Shown one piece after another: positions 24,600-33,343 of a stretch of DNA of 54,766 bases. Each line of letters starts with the position of its first letter. The stretch's first letter is position 1. Origin of the DNA: Gaiellales bacterium (GTDB lineage: Bacteria; Actinomycetota; Thermoleophilia; Gaiellales; JAICJC01); the NCBI GenBank assembly GCA_035639615.1, contig DASQXS010000370.1, positions 1 to 54,766 of the forward strand, written 5' to 3'. The notes below the pieces were generated by a model that did no database searches, was not told where the DNA came from, and was given only the letters and a program-made list of their open reading frames with translations. A program made the position numbers and the translations under genes.

Positions 24600-26015
24600 C
24601 TATGCGATCGTCCCGGCGCCGACGACCGCATCGCCGTCGTAGAGCACCGCCGCCTGCCCGGGGGCGACGCCCTCCACCGGCTGGTCGAGGTCGAGCGTGA
24701 AGCCGCCGTTCCCCGGGTGCACGGTCGCCCACACCGGCGCCTGCCGGTAGCGGAGCTTGGCCTGGACGCGCGCGGCCGGGATGTAGACGGCGCCGGGCGC
24801 GACCCGCACCGACGAGCGCGCGAGCGCCTCCCTGCGGCCGACGACGACCCGGCCGCTCTCCGGCTCGGTGCGGACGACGTAGAGGGCCTCGCCGCCCCCC
24901 AGGCCGAGGCCGCGGCGCTGGCCCGGCGTGAACCGGTGCAGGCCGCCGTGCCGCCCGAGGACGCGGCCCCCGCCGTCGACGATCTCCCCGACCGGCCCGG
25001 CGCCGCCGCGTCGCTCGACGAAGGCGCGGTGATCGCCGCCGCCGACGAAGCACACCTCCTGGCTCTCGGCGCGGCCCGCGGCCGCGAGCGCCGCCCGCCG
25101 CGCCTGCGCCCGGGTCTCGGCCTTCGTCTGACCGCCCAGAGGAAACCAGCACCGCTCGAGGATGTCGGCGGGGACCGACGCCAGCATGTACGACTGGTCC
25201 TTCGCCGAGTCGACCCCGCGCGCCACCAGGGTGCGCCCCGCGCGGCGCTCGAGCCGCGCATAGTGGCCGGTGGCGATCCCGGCCGCGCCGAGCCGGTCGG
25301 CGGCCTCCGCGAGGGCGGCGAACCGGAAGGTGCCGTTGCAGCGCATGCAGGGGTTGGGCGTGCGGCCGGCGGCGTGGGCGGCGACGAAGTCGTCCACGAC
25401 CGCGGCCCGGAAGCCGTCCCGCAGGTCGAGGCCGAGGTGCGGCACCCCGAGCGCGTGGCACGCGGCCCGCGCGTCCCGGACGGACCGCGGCGAGCAGCAG
25501 GCGCGCTCGCCGTCGGGCGCGTCGGGGTCGATCCAGAGCCGGAGCGTGACCCCGACGGGCTCGAACCCCGCCTCCGCCGCCTTCAGCAGGGCCACGGCCG
25601 AGTCGACGCCGCCGCTCATGGCCACGACCACCCGGCCGGCGGCAAGCGGCAGGGTCAGATGGTCGACGGCGCGGGCGAGAGCGGCATGGAGGGCGTCGGC
25701 GGCGAGCGCCACGCAGGGCCGGTTCGCGTCAGGCGGCGCGAGTGCCCGCTCGAGGTCGCCCGCACCGATCCGAGCCGCCTGGAGCAGGTCGCGGCCCTCG
25801 GCGAGGGCGCAGGCGAGGGCGGCCGCAGCCGTCGCATGGGGGCAGCCGAACGTCCGGTGGCGGGCCGCCTCGATGCGACCGCCTGCGAGCAGGAGCTCGA
25901 TCCGCACCGCGTCTCCACAGGCGGCGTTCCCGGCCTCGCCGGCCACGGCTCCCGGCCCCGCCGGGCCGGCCCGCTCGACGCTCAGCGCGTGCTCGATGGT
26001 CGCGGCCGAATACAC
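24600..26015 (-). CDS. mnmA: IscU/NifU-N scaffold domain fused to tRNA 2-thiouridylase MnmA
   Basis: GTG 26015 gives 471 aa. Residues 1 to about 125, 'VYSAATIEH ... NAACGDAVRIEL ... TFGCPHATAAA ... RPCVALAADAL', are collinear with E. coli IscU and include its three Cys. Then MnmA follows: 'VVVAMSGGVDSAV' (PP-loop), 'RTPNPCMRCNG', 'ATGHYAR', 'KDQSYML', 'SQEVCFVGG'. TTG 26024 is an alternative start. Confidence 0.85.
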   Translation of the reverse strand: MYSAATIEHALSVERAGPAGPGAVAGEAGNAACGDAVRIELLLAGGRIEAARHRTFGCPHATAAAALACALAEGRDLLQAARIGAGDLERALAPPDANRPCVALAADALHAALARAVDHLTLPLAAGRVVVAMSGGVDSAVALLKAAEAGFEPVGVTLRLWIDPDAPDGERACCSPRSVRDARAACHALGVPHLGLDLRDGFRAAVVDDFVAAHAAGRTPNPCMRCNGTFRFAALAEAADRLGAAGIATGHYARLERRAGRTLVARGVDSAKDQSYMLASVPADILERCWFPLGGQTKAETRAQARRAALAAAGRAESQEVCFVGGGDHRAFVERRGGAGPVGEIVDGGGRVLGRHGGLHRFTPGQRRGLGLGGGEALYVVRTEPESGRVVVGRREALARSSVRVAPGAVYIPAARVQAKLRYRQAPVWATVHPGNGGFTLDLDQPVEGVAPGQAAVLYDGDAVVGAGTIA

Positions 26016-26050
26016 GGGCCCCAAGCGTACGCCAGCGGAGGCCGGATCGC

Positions 26051-26455
26051 CTACGCAGGTTCGGGCGCCCGGCGGTCGCGATCCCAGCCGCGGCGCCCGC
26101 CCTGAGGATGGGAGGACGCGCTCGCCACGATGAGGAGCAGGCAGATCGCCACGAAGTTTCGGAACGTCGGCTCGGGCCAGTGAAGCGTCGCGGAACGGTG
26201 AAGCCAGGCGGGGTCGAGGAGGAACACGATCCCGACCATGACCACCCGCGGGGCGAGCCCCACCGCCAGGAAGACGGCGACCAGCACGACGCCCCAGAAG
26301 CCGAGCTCGCCGGCTCCGACCGCGTGGCCGAGGTCGAGGACGTTCCAGGAGAGCCAGACGAGCAGCGGGCCGATGAGGAGGCCTGCGACGACCAGGACCG
26401 CCGCGCCTGCGACGAGGGCGCCGATGCCGAGGATGGCGAGCACCCAGGCGAGCAT
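26051..26455 (-). CDS. integral membrane protein, function unknown
   Basis: 134 aa with four hydrophobic segments ('VLAILGIGALVAGAAVLVVAGLLIGPLLVWL', 'FWGVVLVAVFLAVGL', 'VVMVGIVFLL', 'FVAICLLLIVA'). It lies between iscS and iscU::mnmA. Confidence 0.55.
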   Translation of the reverse strand: MLAWVLAILGIGALVAGAAVLVVAGLLIGPLLVWLSWNVLDLGHAVGAGELGFWGVVLVAVFLAVGLAPRVVMVGIVFLLDPAWLHRSATLHWPEPTFRNFVAICLLLIVASASSHPQGGRRGWDRDRRAPEPA

Positions 26456-26499
26456 TGGGCCACCTTCGGTGCCCGCCGGCCGGCTCCTGCAGCGCGAGC

Positions 26500-27627
26500 T
26501 CAGGCCGCGGGGAGCATGCCCTGGCGCAGCTCGCCGACGCAGCGGCGCAGCGCGGCGGTGAAGCCGTCCACCTCCGCCTCGGTCGTGCGCAGTCCGAGGG
26601 ACACCCGGATGACGCTGCGGGCATCCTGCGCGGACATGCCCTGCGCGGTCAGGACGTGGCTCGGGGCCGCGTCGCCCGACGAGCAGGCCGAGCCCGCCGC
26701 GACGGCGTATCCGGCCCGGTCGAGGGCGAGCACGAGGAGCTCGGCGCGTACGCCGGGGACGAAGAGCAGCGCGTGGCCCGGAAGCCGTGGCGCCGAGCCG
26801 CCCACCACGGCGACATCTGGGTCGAGCGCCGCCTCGAGCCGGCGCCGGAGCGTAAGGCGGGCGTCCGCGGCTGACCGGGCCGCCGCCAGTGCGGCGGCGA
26901 ACCCGACGATTCCCGGGATGTTCTCGGTGCCCGAGCGGCGGCCTCCCTCCTGTCCCCCGCCCCAGATGAGCGGCGGCAGCCGCGCGGGATCGCGGGCGAC
27001 CAGACAGCCGACGCCCTTCGGGCCGTGGAGCTTGTGCGCCGAGAGCGCGATCGAGTCGACGCCCGCGGTGCGGAAGCGGATCGGAAGCGACGCCGCCGCC
27101 TGCACGGCGTCGCAGTGGAACGGCACGCCCCGCTCACGGGCGACGCCGGCGAGCTCCTCGACCGGCTGCAGCACGCCCGTCACGTTGTTGGCCCACATGA
27201 CGGCCGCCAGCCGGTCACCGGGGCGGACGAGAGCGGCGAAGGCCGCGACGTCGACGACGCCCTCACCGTCGACCGGCGCCCACGCCAGCTCGAACCCCTG
27301 CCGCTCCAGCTCGAGCACCGGCTCGCGAACGGCGGAGTGCTCGATCGCCGAGATGACGAGCCGACCGAGCGGCCGGCCGCAGAACCCGAAGACGGCCTGG
27401 TTGTCGGCCTCGGTCCCCCCGGAGGTGAACACGACCTGGCCCGGCTCGCAGTCGAGGAGCTCGGCGATGGTGCGGCGCGAACCCTCGAGGGCAGAGCGCG
27501 CGTCGCGGCCGAGCTCGTGCGGCTCCGACGCGTTGCCGAACCGCTCGCCCAGGTAGGGCTCCATCGCCGCGCGCGCCTCCGGGCCGACGCCCGTCGTGGC
27601 GGCGTGGTCGAGGTAGACGCGACTCAC
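26500..27627 (-). CDS. iscS: cysteine desulfurase (IscS/NifS class)
   Basis: 375 aa. 'VYLDHAATT', PLP-lysine context 'SAHKLHGPKGVG', catalytic-Cys loop 'GSACSSG'. Confidence 0.92.
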   Translation of the reverse strand: MSRVYLDHAATTGVGPEARAAMEPYLGERFGNASEPHELGRDARSALEGSRRTIAELLDCEPGQVVFTSGGTEADNQAVFGFCGRPLGRLVISAIEHSAVREPVLELERQGFELAWAPVDGEGVVDVAAFAALVRPGDRLAAVMWANNVTGVLQPVEELAGVARERGVPFHCDAVQAAASLPIRFRTAGVDSIALSAHKLHGPKGVGCLVARDPARLPPLIWGGGQEGGRRSGTENIPGIVGFAAALAAARSAADARLTLRRRLEAALDPDVAVVGGSAPRLPGHALLFVPGVRAELLVLALDRAGYAVAAGSACSSGDAAPSHVLTAQGMSAQDARSVIRVSLGLRTTEAEVDGFTAALRRCVGELRQGMLPAA

Positions 27628-27679
27628 GCCCGTAGGCTATCTCCCGCGACGGTCAGGCGATCGGCCGTACAGTAGGTGG

Positions 27680-28633
27680 GTGCGGATCCTGTTCGTCGGG
27701 GGGACCGGGTTCCTCGGCAGCGCGACGATCCCGCTGCTCTCCGCCGCGGGCGCCGAGGTCGCGGTCGCCCACCGGGCGGTGACGGAGCCGAAGGAGATCG
27801 GCGCGGTCGAGCACCTCCACGGGCCCCGCCACGACCTCCTGCGGCCGAACGGACCGGTCGAGCGCTGGGGGCCGGACGTCCTGATCGACACCTTCGGGGG
27901 CGGGGCGACGGCCGCCGCCGGCCACGAGCTCAGCGCCTGCGCCAGGCGCGCCGGCACTCGCCACATGATCGCGATCAGCTCGATGGACGTCTACCAGGCA
28001 TGCGTCGACGCGGGCGTCGACGACGGCGAGGTGACGGCGCTCTACGAGCACCCGCTTCCGATCGAGGAGACCGCGCTGCTGCGCGCTCCCCACCCACGCG
28101 GTGCCGCACACGACAACGTCGCGATGGAAGGCGCGCTCGGCGGCGATCAGGTCACGATCCTGCGTCCGGGCGCGATCTACGGGCCCGGGCTCGGCGTTGG
28201 AGGACAGCAGCCGAACCGCGAGTGGACCCTCGTCGCCCGGGTCGCGGCCGGTGATCACCGTCTCGATCTCCCGGACGGCGGCGACCAGCTCTTCCATCGG
28301 GTGGCCGTGGAGCGGGTCGCGCGCGCGATCCTCGCTGCCGTGGAGCGCGCGCCGGCGGGCGTATGGGCGTGCAACGTCGTCGACCCCTACGGGTGGACCT
28401 ACGCCGGGCTCGCGGCCGAGGTGGGACGGATCCTCGACTGGTCGTGGGAGCCCGTGCGAGTGGCGTTCGACGCCGCCGACCACCCGTGGCAGACGGCCCA
28501 TCCGATCATCGGGTCGGACCGCCGGCTCCGAGAGGTCCTCGGCGTCTGCGAGCCGGATCCCCGCGCGGCCCTCGCCGGCACGATCCGCTGGTTATGGGAG
28601 CGCCGCGACGACCTGGCGAGCGCTCCCGTCTGA
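27680..28633 (+). CDS. NAD-dependent epimerase/dehydratase family protein
   Basis: 317 aa with GTG start. 'ILFVGGTGFLGSA' is the Rossmann motif in an extended-SDR layout. Confidence 0.75.
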   Translation: MRILFVGGTGFLGSATIPLLSAAGAEVAVAHRAVTEPKEIGAVEHLHGPRHDLLRPNGPVERWGPDVLIDTFGGGATAAAGHELSACARRAGTRHMIAISSMDVYQACVDAGVDDGEVTALYEHPLPIEETALLRAPHPRGAAHDNVAMEGALGGDQVTILRPGAIYGPGLGVGGQQPNREWTLVARVAAGDHRLDLPDGGDQLFHRVAVERVARAILAAVERAPAGVWACNVVDPYGWTYAGLAAEVGRILDWSWEPVRVAFDAADHPWQTAHPIIGSDRRLREVLGVCEPDPRAALAGTIRWLWERRDDLASAPV

Positions 28634-28773
28634 TCCGGGCGGGACCAGGCCGGCGCCTGAGGCTCGGCGGGCGGCCACTTTCTGGATGCTTCGACCGCTC
28701 CGACCACCGCCTCGGCGCTGGAAGTGTTCGCACGACGTGATGAGGTGCGCGTCTCTCAATGGCGCCGGCTTGT

Positions 28774-30552
28774 TCACACCTTAGCGTCTCCCGCCGGTTC
28801 CGCAACCACCCGGATGCCGTACTGGCGAAGGTCGGCGTCCGGCGCCGGCGTCGGAGCGCCTGTCAGCGGGTCGGCGCCGCCCTGCCCCTTGGGGAAGGCG
28901 GTCACGTCGCGCAGCGACTCGGCGCGGGCGAGGAGCATCGCCAGACGGTCGATCCCGAACGCGATGCCGCCGTGCGGCGGCGCACCCATCCTGAGCGCGC
29001 GCAGCAGGAACGAGAACTTCTCCTCGGCCTCCTCGTCGCTCATACCGAGCATCCGGAAGACGCGCATCTGGACGTCGGCGCGATGGTTTCGGATCGAGCC
29101 GCCGCCGATCTCGTTGCCGTTCAGGACGAGGTCGTACTGCCGTGCGATCGCCTCGGCCGGCCGCGCCTCGAAGTCATCCACGTCGGCGGGCGCGGGCGCC
29201 GAGAAGGGGTTGTGGCCCGCCTTCCAGCGCTGCTCGTCGTGCAGCCACTCGAACATCGGAAACTCGGTGATCCAGACGAAGTTCCATCCGTCGCCGATGA
29301 GCCGAAGCCGCTCCCCCAGGTGCAGCCGGAGCGGGCCGAGCACGCGCACGGCCGCGTCCTCGGCGTCTGCGACGAGGAGCACGGTGTCGCCGTCTCCCGC
29401 CCCCACCCCGCCGGTGATCGCCTCGATCTCGGCCGGCGAGAGGAACTTGGCGATCGGCGAGCGCACCTCGCCGCCGTCCAGCTGGAGCCAGGCGACGCCC
29501 TTCCCGCCCCAGGCCTTCGCGAAGTCGACAAGCCCCTCGAAGTCCTTGCGGGAGTAGTCGAGCGCGCCGGGCACCGCGAAGCCGCGCACCACACCGCCGG
29601 CGTCGATCACGCCGCGAAACGCCTTGAACTCCGTGCCACGGAGCGCGCCGGTCACGTCGGCGATCTCGCACCCGAAACGCGTCTCCGGCTTGTCCGATCC
29701 ATAGCGCAGCATCGCCTCGGCGTGGGTCAGCCGCGGGAACGGGGTCTCGAGGTGCTCGCCGAGGACGTCGCGCCAGACGGCCTGAAAGAGGCCCTCCATC
29801 AAGGCGTGCAGCTCGTCGGGCTCGAGGAACGCCATCTCCAGGTCGAGCTGGGTGAACTCGGCCGTACGGTCGGCCCGGGTGGCCTCGTCGCGGAAGCAGC
29901 GCGCGATCTGGTAGTAGCGCTCGTAACCCGCGATCACGTAGAGCTGCTTGTACGTCTGCGGGGACTGCGGCAGCGCGTAGAAGCGGCCGGGGTGCGACGA
30001 GGTGGGCACGAGGAACTCGCGCGCGCCCTCGGGCGTCGACTTGTAGAGGAGCGGGGTCTCGAGCTCCCAGAAGTCGCGCTCCTCGAGGAAGCGGCGGATC
30101 GTCTGCGTGAGCTTGAACCGCACCCACAGGTTCCTGCGCATGGCGTCGCGGCGCAGGTCGAGATAGCGGTGGCGCAGGCGCAGGGTCTCGTCGACGCCGT
30201 CGTCGTCGAGCTGGAACGGCAGCACCGGGGCCGTGTTCAGGACCTCGACCGTGTCTACGTGGATCTCGATCTCGCCCGTCTCGAGCTTCGGGTTCACCGT
30301 CTCCGGCGCCCGCCGGCGGACGACGCCCTCCGCCCGGATCACGAACTCGGTTCGAAGCGCGTGGGACGCCGCGTGGGCCTCCGGCCGCTCGTCGGGGTTG
30401 AACACGAGCTGGACGAGCCCGGCCTGGTCGCGGACGTCGACGAAGACGAGGCCGCCGTGGTCGCGCCGGCGCGCGACCCAGCCTGCGACCGTCACCCGCT
30501 CGCCCTCCTCTTGAGCCCGCAGGCTCCCGCCCATGTGCGTCCGGTAGGTCAC
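28774..30552 (-). CDS. aspS: aspartate--tRNA ligase
   Basis: GTG 30552 overlaps the hisS stop (GTGA), giving 592 aa. Motifs: 'FYALPQSPQ', 'QIARCFRDE', 'GGGSIR', 'GIAFGIDRL'. The bacterial-type insertion domain is present. Confidence 0.96.
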   Translation of the reverse strand: MTYRTHMGGSLRAQEEGERVTVAGWVARRRDHGGLVFVDVRDQAGLVQLVFNPDERPEAHAASHALRTEFVIRAEGVVRRRAPETVNPKLETGEIEIHVDTVEVLNTAPVLPFQLDDDGVDETLRLRHRYLDLRRDAMRRNLWVRFKLTQTIRRFLEERDFWELETPLLYKSTPEGAREFLVPTSSHPGRFYALPQSPQTYKQLYVIAGYERYYQIARCFRDEATRADRTAEFTQLDLEMAFLEPDELHALMEGLFQAVWRDVLGEHLETPFPRLTHAEAMLRYGSDKPETRFGCEIADVTGALRGTEFKAFRGVIDAGGVVRGFAVPGALDYSRKDFEGLVDFAKAWGGKGVAWLQLDGGEVRSPIAKFLSPAEIEAITGGVGAGDGDTVLLVADAEDAAVRVLGPLRLHLGERLRLIGDGWNFVWITEFPMFEWLHDEQRWKAGHNPFSAPAPADVDDFEARPAEAIARQYDLVLNGNEIGGGSIRNHRADVQMRVFRMLGMSDEEAEEKFSFLLRALRMGAPPHGGIAFGIDRLAMLLARAESLRDVTAFPKGQGGADPLTGAPTPAPDADLRQYGIRVVAEPAGDAKV

Positions 30553-31805
30553 GCGCTGAGCTCCTCCACCAGCCGGTCGAGCGCCACCCGGCGCTGATCC
30601 CCGGAAGTCATATCGCGGAGCGCCGCCTCGCCCGCCGACCACTCGTCCTCGCCGACGATCACCGCCGTCGCGGCGCCGCGGCGGTCGGCCAGCTCGAGCG
30701 CCCGCTTCAGCCTCCGCCCGCCGTAGGCGGCGTCGCAGCGGACGCCGGCGGCGCGCGCCTCCTCCATGAGCGCGTGGAGCCGCGGCCGGGCGTCGGCCGC
30801 GAGCACGGCGAAGAAGGCGTCGACCGGCCGCTCTCCGCCAAGGGTGGCGCCCATCGCCTCGAGCGTGAGCACCAGCCGCTCGACGCCGGCGCCGAAGCCC
30901 ACCCCGGGCGTGTGCTGCCCGCCCAGCTGCTCCGCGAGGCCGTCGTAGCGCCCGCCCCCGGAGAGCGCTGACTGCGCCCCGAGCTCGGCCCACTGCCACT
31001 CCCAGGCGGTGCGGGTGTAGTAGTCGAGCCCGCGGACGAGGCCCGTATCGACGGTGTGGGCGACGCCGGCGGCCTCGAGATGGCTCAGCACGTCGGCGAA
31101 GTGGGCGGCGCACGGCTCGCACAGGTGGTCGGTGATCCGCGGCGCGCCGGCCAGCACCGCCCGGCAGCGCTCGTTCTTGCAGTCGAACGTCCTGAGCGGG
31201 TTCACGTCACGGCGCTCCCGGCACTCCTCGCAGAGCTCCTCGGCGTGCTCGTCCAGATAGGCCACGAGGAGCTCGAGGTACGCCGGGCGGCAGACGCCGT
31301 CCCCGATCGAGTTCACGGCCAGCGTGAGGTTGGTGACACCGACGTCGCCGTACCAGCGCCGCTGGAGCGCGATGAGCTCCGCGTCGAGGGCGGGGTCGTC
31401 CGATCCGATCGCCTCGGCGCCGAACTGGTAGTGCTCCCGGTAGCGGCCCCGCTGCACGGCGGCGTACCGGAACATGGGCACCTCGTACCAGACCTTCACC
31501 GGCTGCGGCGCTCGTGTCATGTGTTCGAGGTAGGCCCGCATCACGCCCGCCGTCCCCTCGGGCCGCAGCGTCAGGCTGCGGCCGCTGCGGTCGGCGAAGG
31601 TGTACATCTCCCTGCGGACGACGTCCGAGCCCTCGCCTGACGTGCGGGCGAAGACGCCGGTGTCCTCGAACGTGGGCGTCACGACCTGCGTGTAGCCCGC
31701 TCCGTCGAACACAGCACGTGCCGCGTCGAGCACGCGCCGGCGCAGGCCGGCGCGGGCGCCGTACCAGTCCAGGGTGCCGCGAGGCGCCTGGAACTCTGCG
31801 CTCAT
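30549..31805 (-). CDS. hisS: histidine--tRNA ligase
   Basis: ATG 31805 overlaps the MBL gene stop (ATGA), giving 418 aa. Motifs: 'LRPEGTAGVMRAY', 'RYREHYQFG', 'GGGRYDGL'. Confidence 0.96.
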   Translation of the reverse strand: MSAEFQAPRGTLDWYGARAGLRRRVLDAARAVFDGAGYTQVVTPTFEDTGVFARTSGEGSDVVRREMYTFADRSGRSLTLRPEGTAGVMRAYLEHMTRAPQPVKVWYEVPMFRYAAVQRGRYREHYQFGAEAIGSDDPALDAELIALQRRWYGDVGVTNLTLAVNSIGDGVCRPAYLELLVAYLDEHAEELCEECRERRDVNPLRTFDCKNERCRAVLAGAPRITDHLCEPCAAHFADVLSHLEAAGVAHTVDTGLVRGLDYYTRTAWEWQWAELGAQSALSGGGRYDGLAEQLGGQHTPGVGFGAGVERLVLTLEAMGATLGGERPVDAFFAVLAADARPRLHALMEEARAAGVRCDAAYGGRRLKRALELADRRGAATAVIVGEDEWSAGEAALRDMTSGDQRRVALDRLVEELSA

Positions 31806-32422
31806 GCCCTGAGCGGCTCCAGAAACGGGTTCTGGGCCCGCTCGCGGCCGAGTGTCGTCGCCGGCCCGTGGCCGGGAAGCACGGTCGTCTCGGCCGGATA
31901 GGCGGCCATGAGCCGCTCGATGCTCGCGAGCAGCATGGCCATGTCGCCGCCCGCCAGGTCGGTGCGACCGACCGACCCGGCGAAGAGCACGTCCCCGGAG
32001 AAGAGAAGGCCGGCGGCGTGGTAGGCGATCGACGCGGGCGAGTGGCCCGGGACGGCCGTCGTCGCAAAGTCGATGCCGGCCACTGTCACGGTCTCGCCGC
32101 CGTCGAGCAGGTGCTCGGGATCGTACGGCGCCCACTCCAGCCCGCGCAGCGAGTCGGCCTCGCCGCGCGGCATCCACACGTCGGCTCCGGTCGCGGCCGC
32201 GATCGCCGCGACGGCGCCGAGGTGGTCGAAGTGCCCGTGGGTGACGAGGATCGCTCCCGCCCGCCAGCGGCGCCGCTCCAGCTCGGCGAGCACGACGGCC
32301 GGCTCGTCGCCGGGATCGATCACCGCGGCCTCGACCGCGTCCGGGCGGGCGGCCAGGTAGCAGTTCGTCTGGTACGCGCCGAGTGGGAGCTGGGCGACCT
32401 CGAGGCCGGCCGCCCCCGTCAC
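31802..32422 (-). CDS. MBL-fold metallo-hydrolase (glyoxalase II-like)
   Basis: 206 aa. Carries the 'VTHGHFDHLG' HxHxDH motif. Confidence 0.85.
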   Translation of the reverse strand: MTGAAGLEVAQLPLGAYQTNCYLAARPDAVEAAVIDPGDEPAVVLAELERRRWRAGAILVTHGHFDHLGAVAAIAAATGADVWMPRGEADSLRGLEWAPYDPEHLLDGGETVTVAGIDFATTAVPGHSPASIAYHAAGLLFSGDVLFAGSVGRTDLAGGDMAMLLASIERLMAAYPAETTVLPGHGPATTLGRERAQNPFLEPLRA

Positions 32423-32769
32423 GCCGGCGGGCCGCCGTGCTTCTTCTGGTAGCGGCGCCAGACGAAGCTCTCCACCATCCAGCCCATCGACCAGAAGAGC
32501 ACGAACATCACCGCCGTGTTCGCGAGCTTGACGCCGGGGCTCACGCCGCTCGACGTGAACGTGATGACGAGGTAGAAGAGCACCGAGAAGAGCAGCGCCC
32601 GCCTGGCGGTCCGCATCGGCGAGGGCGGCAACGGCTGCCCTCGCACCGGGCGCCGCTCCGGGGCGCGATCGGGCTTTTCGCCCGGCTCCGCCGGCTCGTA
32701 GCCCTGGTGCAGCTTGCCCCGCCCCACCGCGCGCTGATACTTGCGTCGCTGCTGTTTCTTCGTGGCCAT
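32419..32769 (-). CDS. small membrane protein with basic N-terminal tail
   Basis: 116 aa. 'MATKKQQRRKYQRAVGRGK' is followed by two TM helices. Its stop overlaps the GTG of the MBL gene (GTGA). Confidence 0.55.
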   Translation of the reverse strand: MATKKQQRRKYQRAVGRGKLHQGYEPAEPGEKPDRAPERRPVRGQPLPPSPMRTARRALLFSVLFYLVITFTSSGVSPGVKLANTAVMFVLFWSMGWMVESFVWRRYQKKHGGPPA

Positions 32770-32773
32770 CGTG

Positions 32774-33343
32774 TCAGTGTATCGAGGCCGCGGGCTCGGG
32801 ATCGGAAGGCAGCCGCGAGAACATGATGAGGTCGCGCCGGGTGCCTCCGTAGACGGCGCTCGAGCGGAGCAGCCCCTCGCGCACGAATCCGGCCCGCTCG
32901 GCCGTGCGGATCGAGGCGACGTTCCAGGGCTCCGCGGTCAGCTGCACGCGTCCGAAGCCCGCCTCCGCGAGCGCCCACCGCGTGACGACGCGGACCGCCT
33001 CGGCGGCGATCCCGCGGCCACGGGCCGAGCCCGCGAGCCAGTAGCCCAGCTCCCCCACTCCGTGCCCGCGCAGCCACAGGCCGATCAGCCCCATGGCCTC
33101 GCCCGATGCGGCGTCGGCGATCGCGAACGGCCAGCCCTCGCGGTCGGCGAGCCGCCCCGCCTGGCGGGCGACCCACGCCCGCCCCTCCGCGTCCGTGTAC
33201 TCGGCCGGCACCGTCGTGATGAGCGGGATGTAGGGGTCGGTGGCCGCCTCGGCGACGGCGGGGAGGTCGCCGTCGGTCCAGGCGCGCAGGACGATGCGCG
33301 GCCCCCGCAGGGGCGGGTCGGGCAGCCGCAGCGGCTCGGTCAC
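32774..33343 (-). CDS. GNAT family N-acetyltransferase (RimJ/RimL-like)
   Basis: GTG 33343 overlaps the hutI stop (GTGA), giving 189 aa. 'GYWLAGSARGRGIAAEAVRVV ... NVASIRTAERAGF'. Confidence 0.8.
   Translation of the reverse strand: MTEPLRLPDPPLRGPRIVLRAWTDGDLPAVAEAATDPYIPLITTVPAEYTDAEGRAWVARQAGRLADREGWPFAIADAASGEAMGLIGLWLRGHGVGELGYWLAGSARGRGIAAEAVRVVTRWALAEAGFGRVQLTAEPWNVASIRTAERAGFVREGLLRSSAVYGGTRRDLIMFSRLPSDPEPAASIH

Noticed and set aside
24240-27556. Long plus-strand ORFs (24240..26105, 25270..26133, 25742..27556) antisense to mnmA and iscS
   Set aside because: They are low-complexity Arg/Gly/Pro/Ala translations lying opposite genes with unambiguous family motifs.
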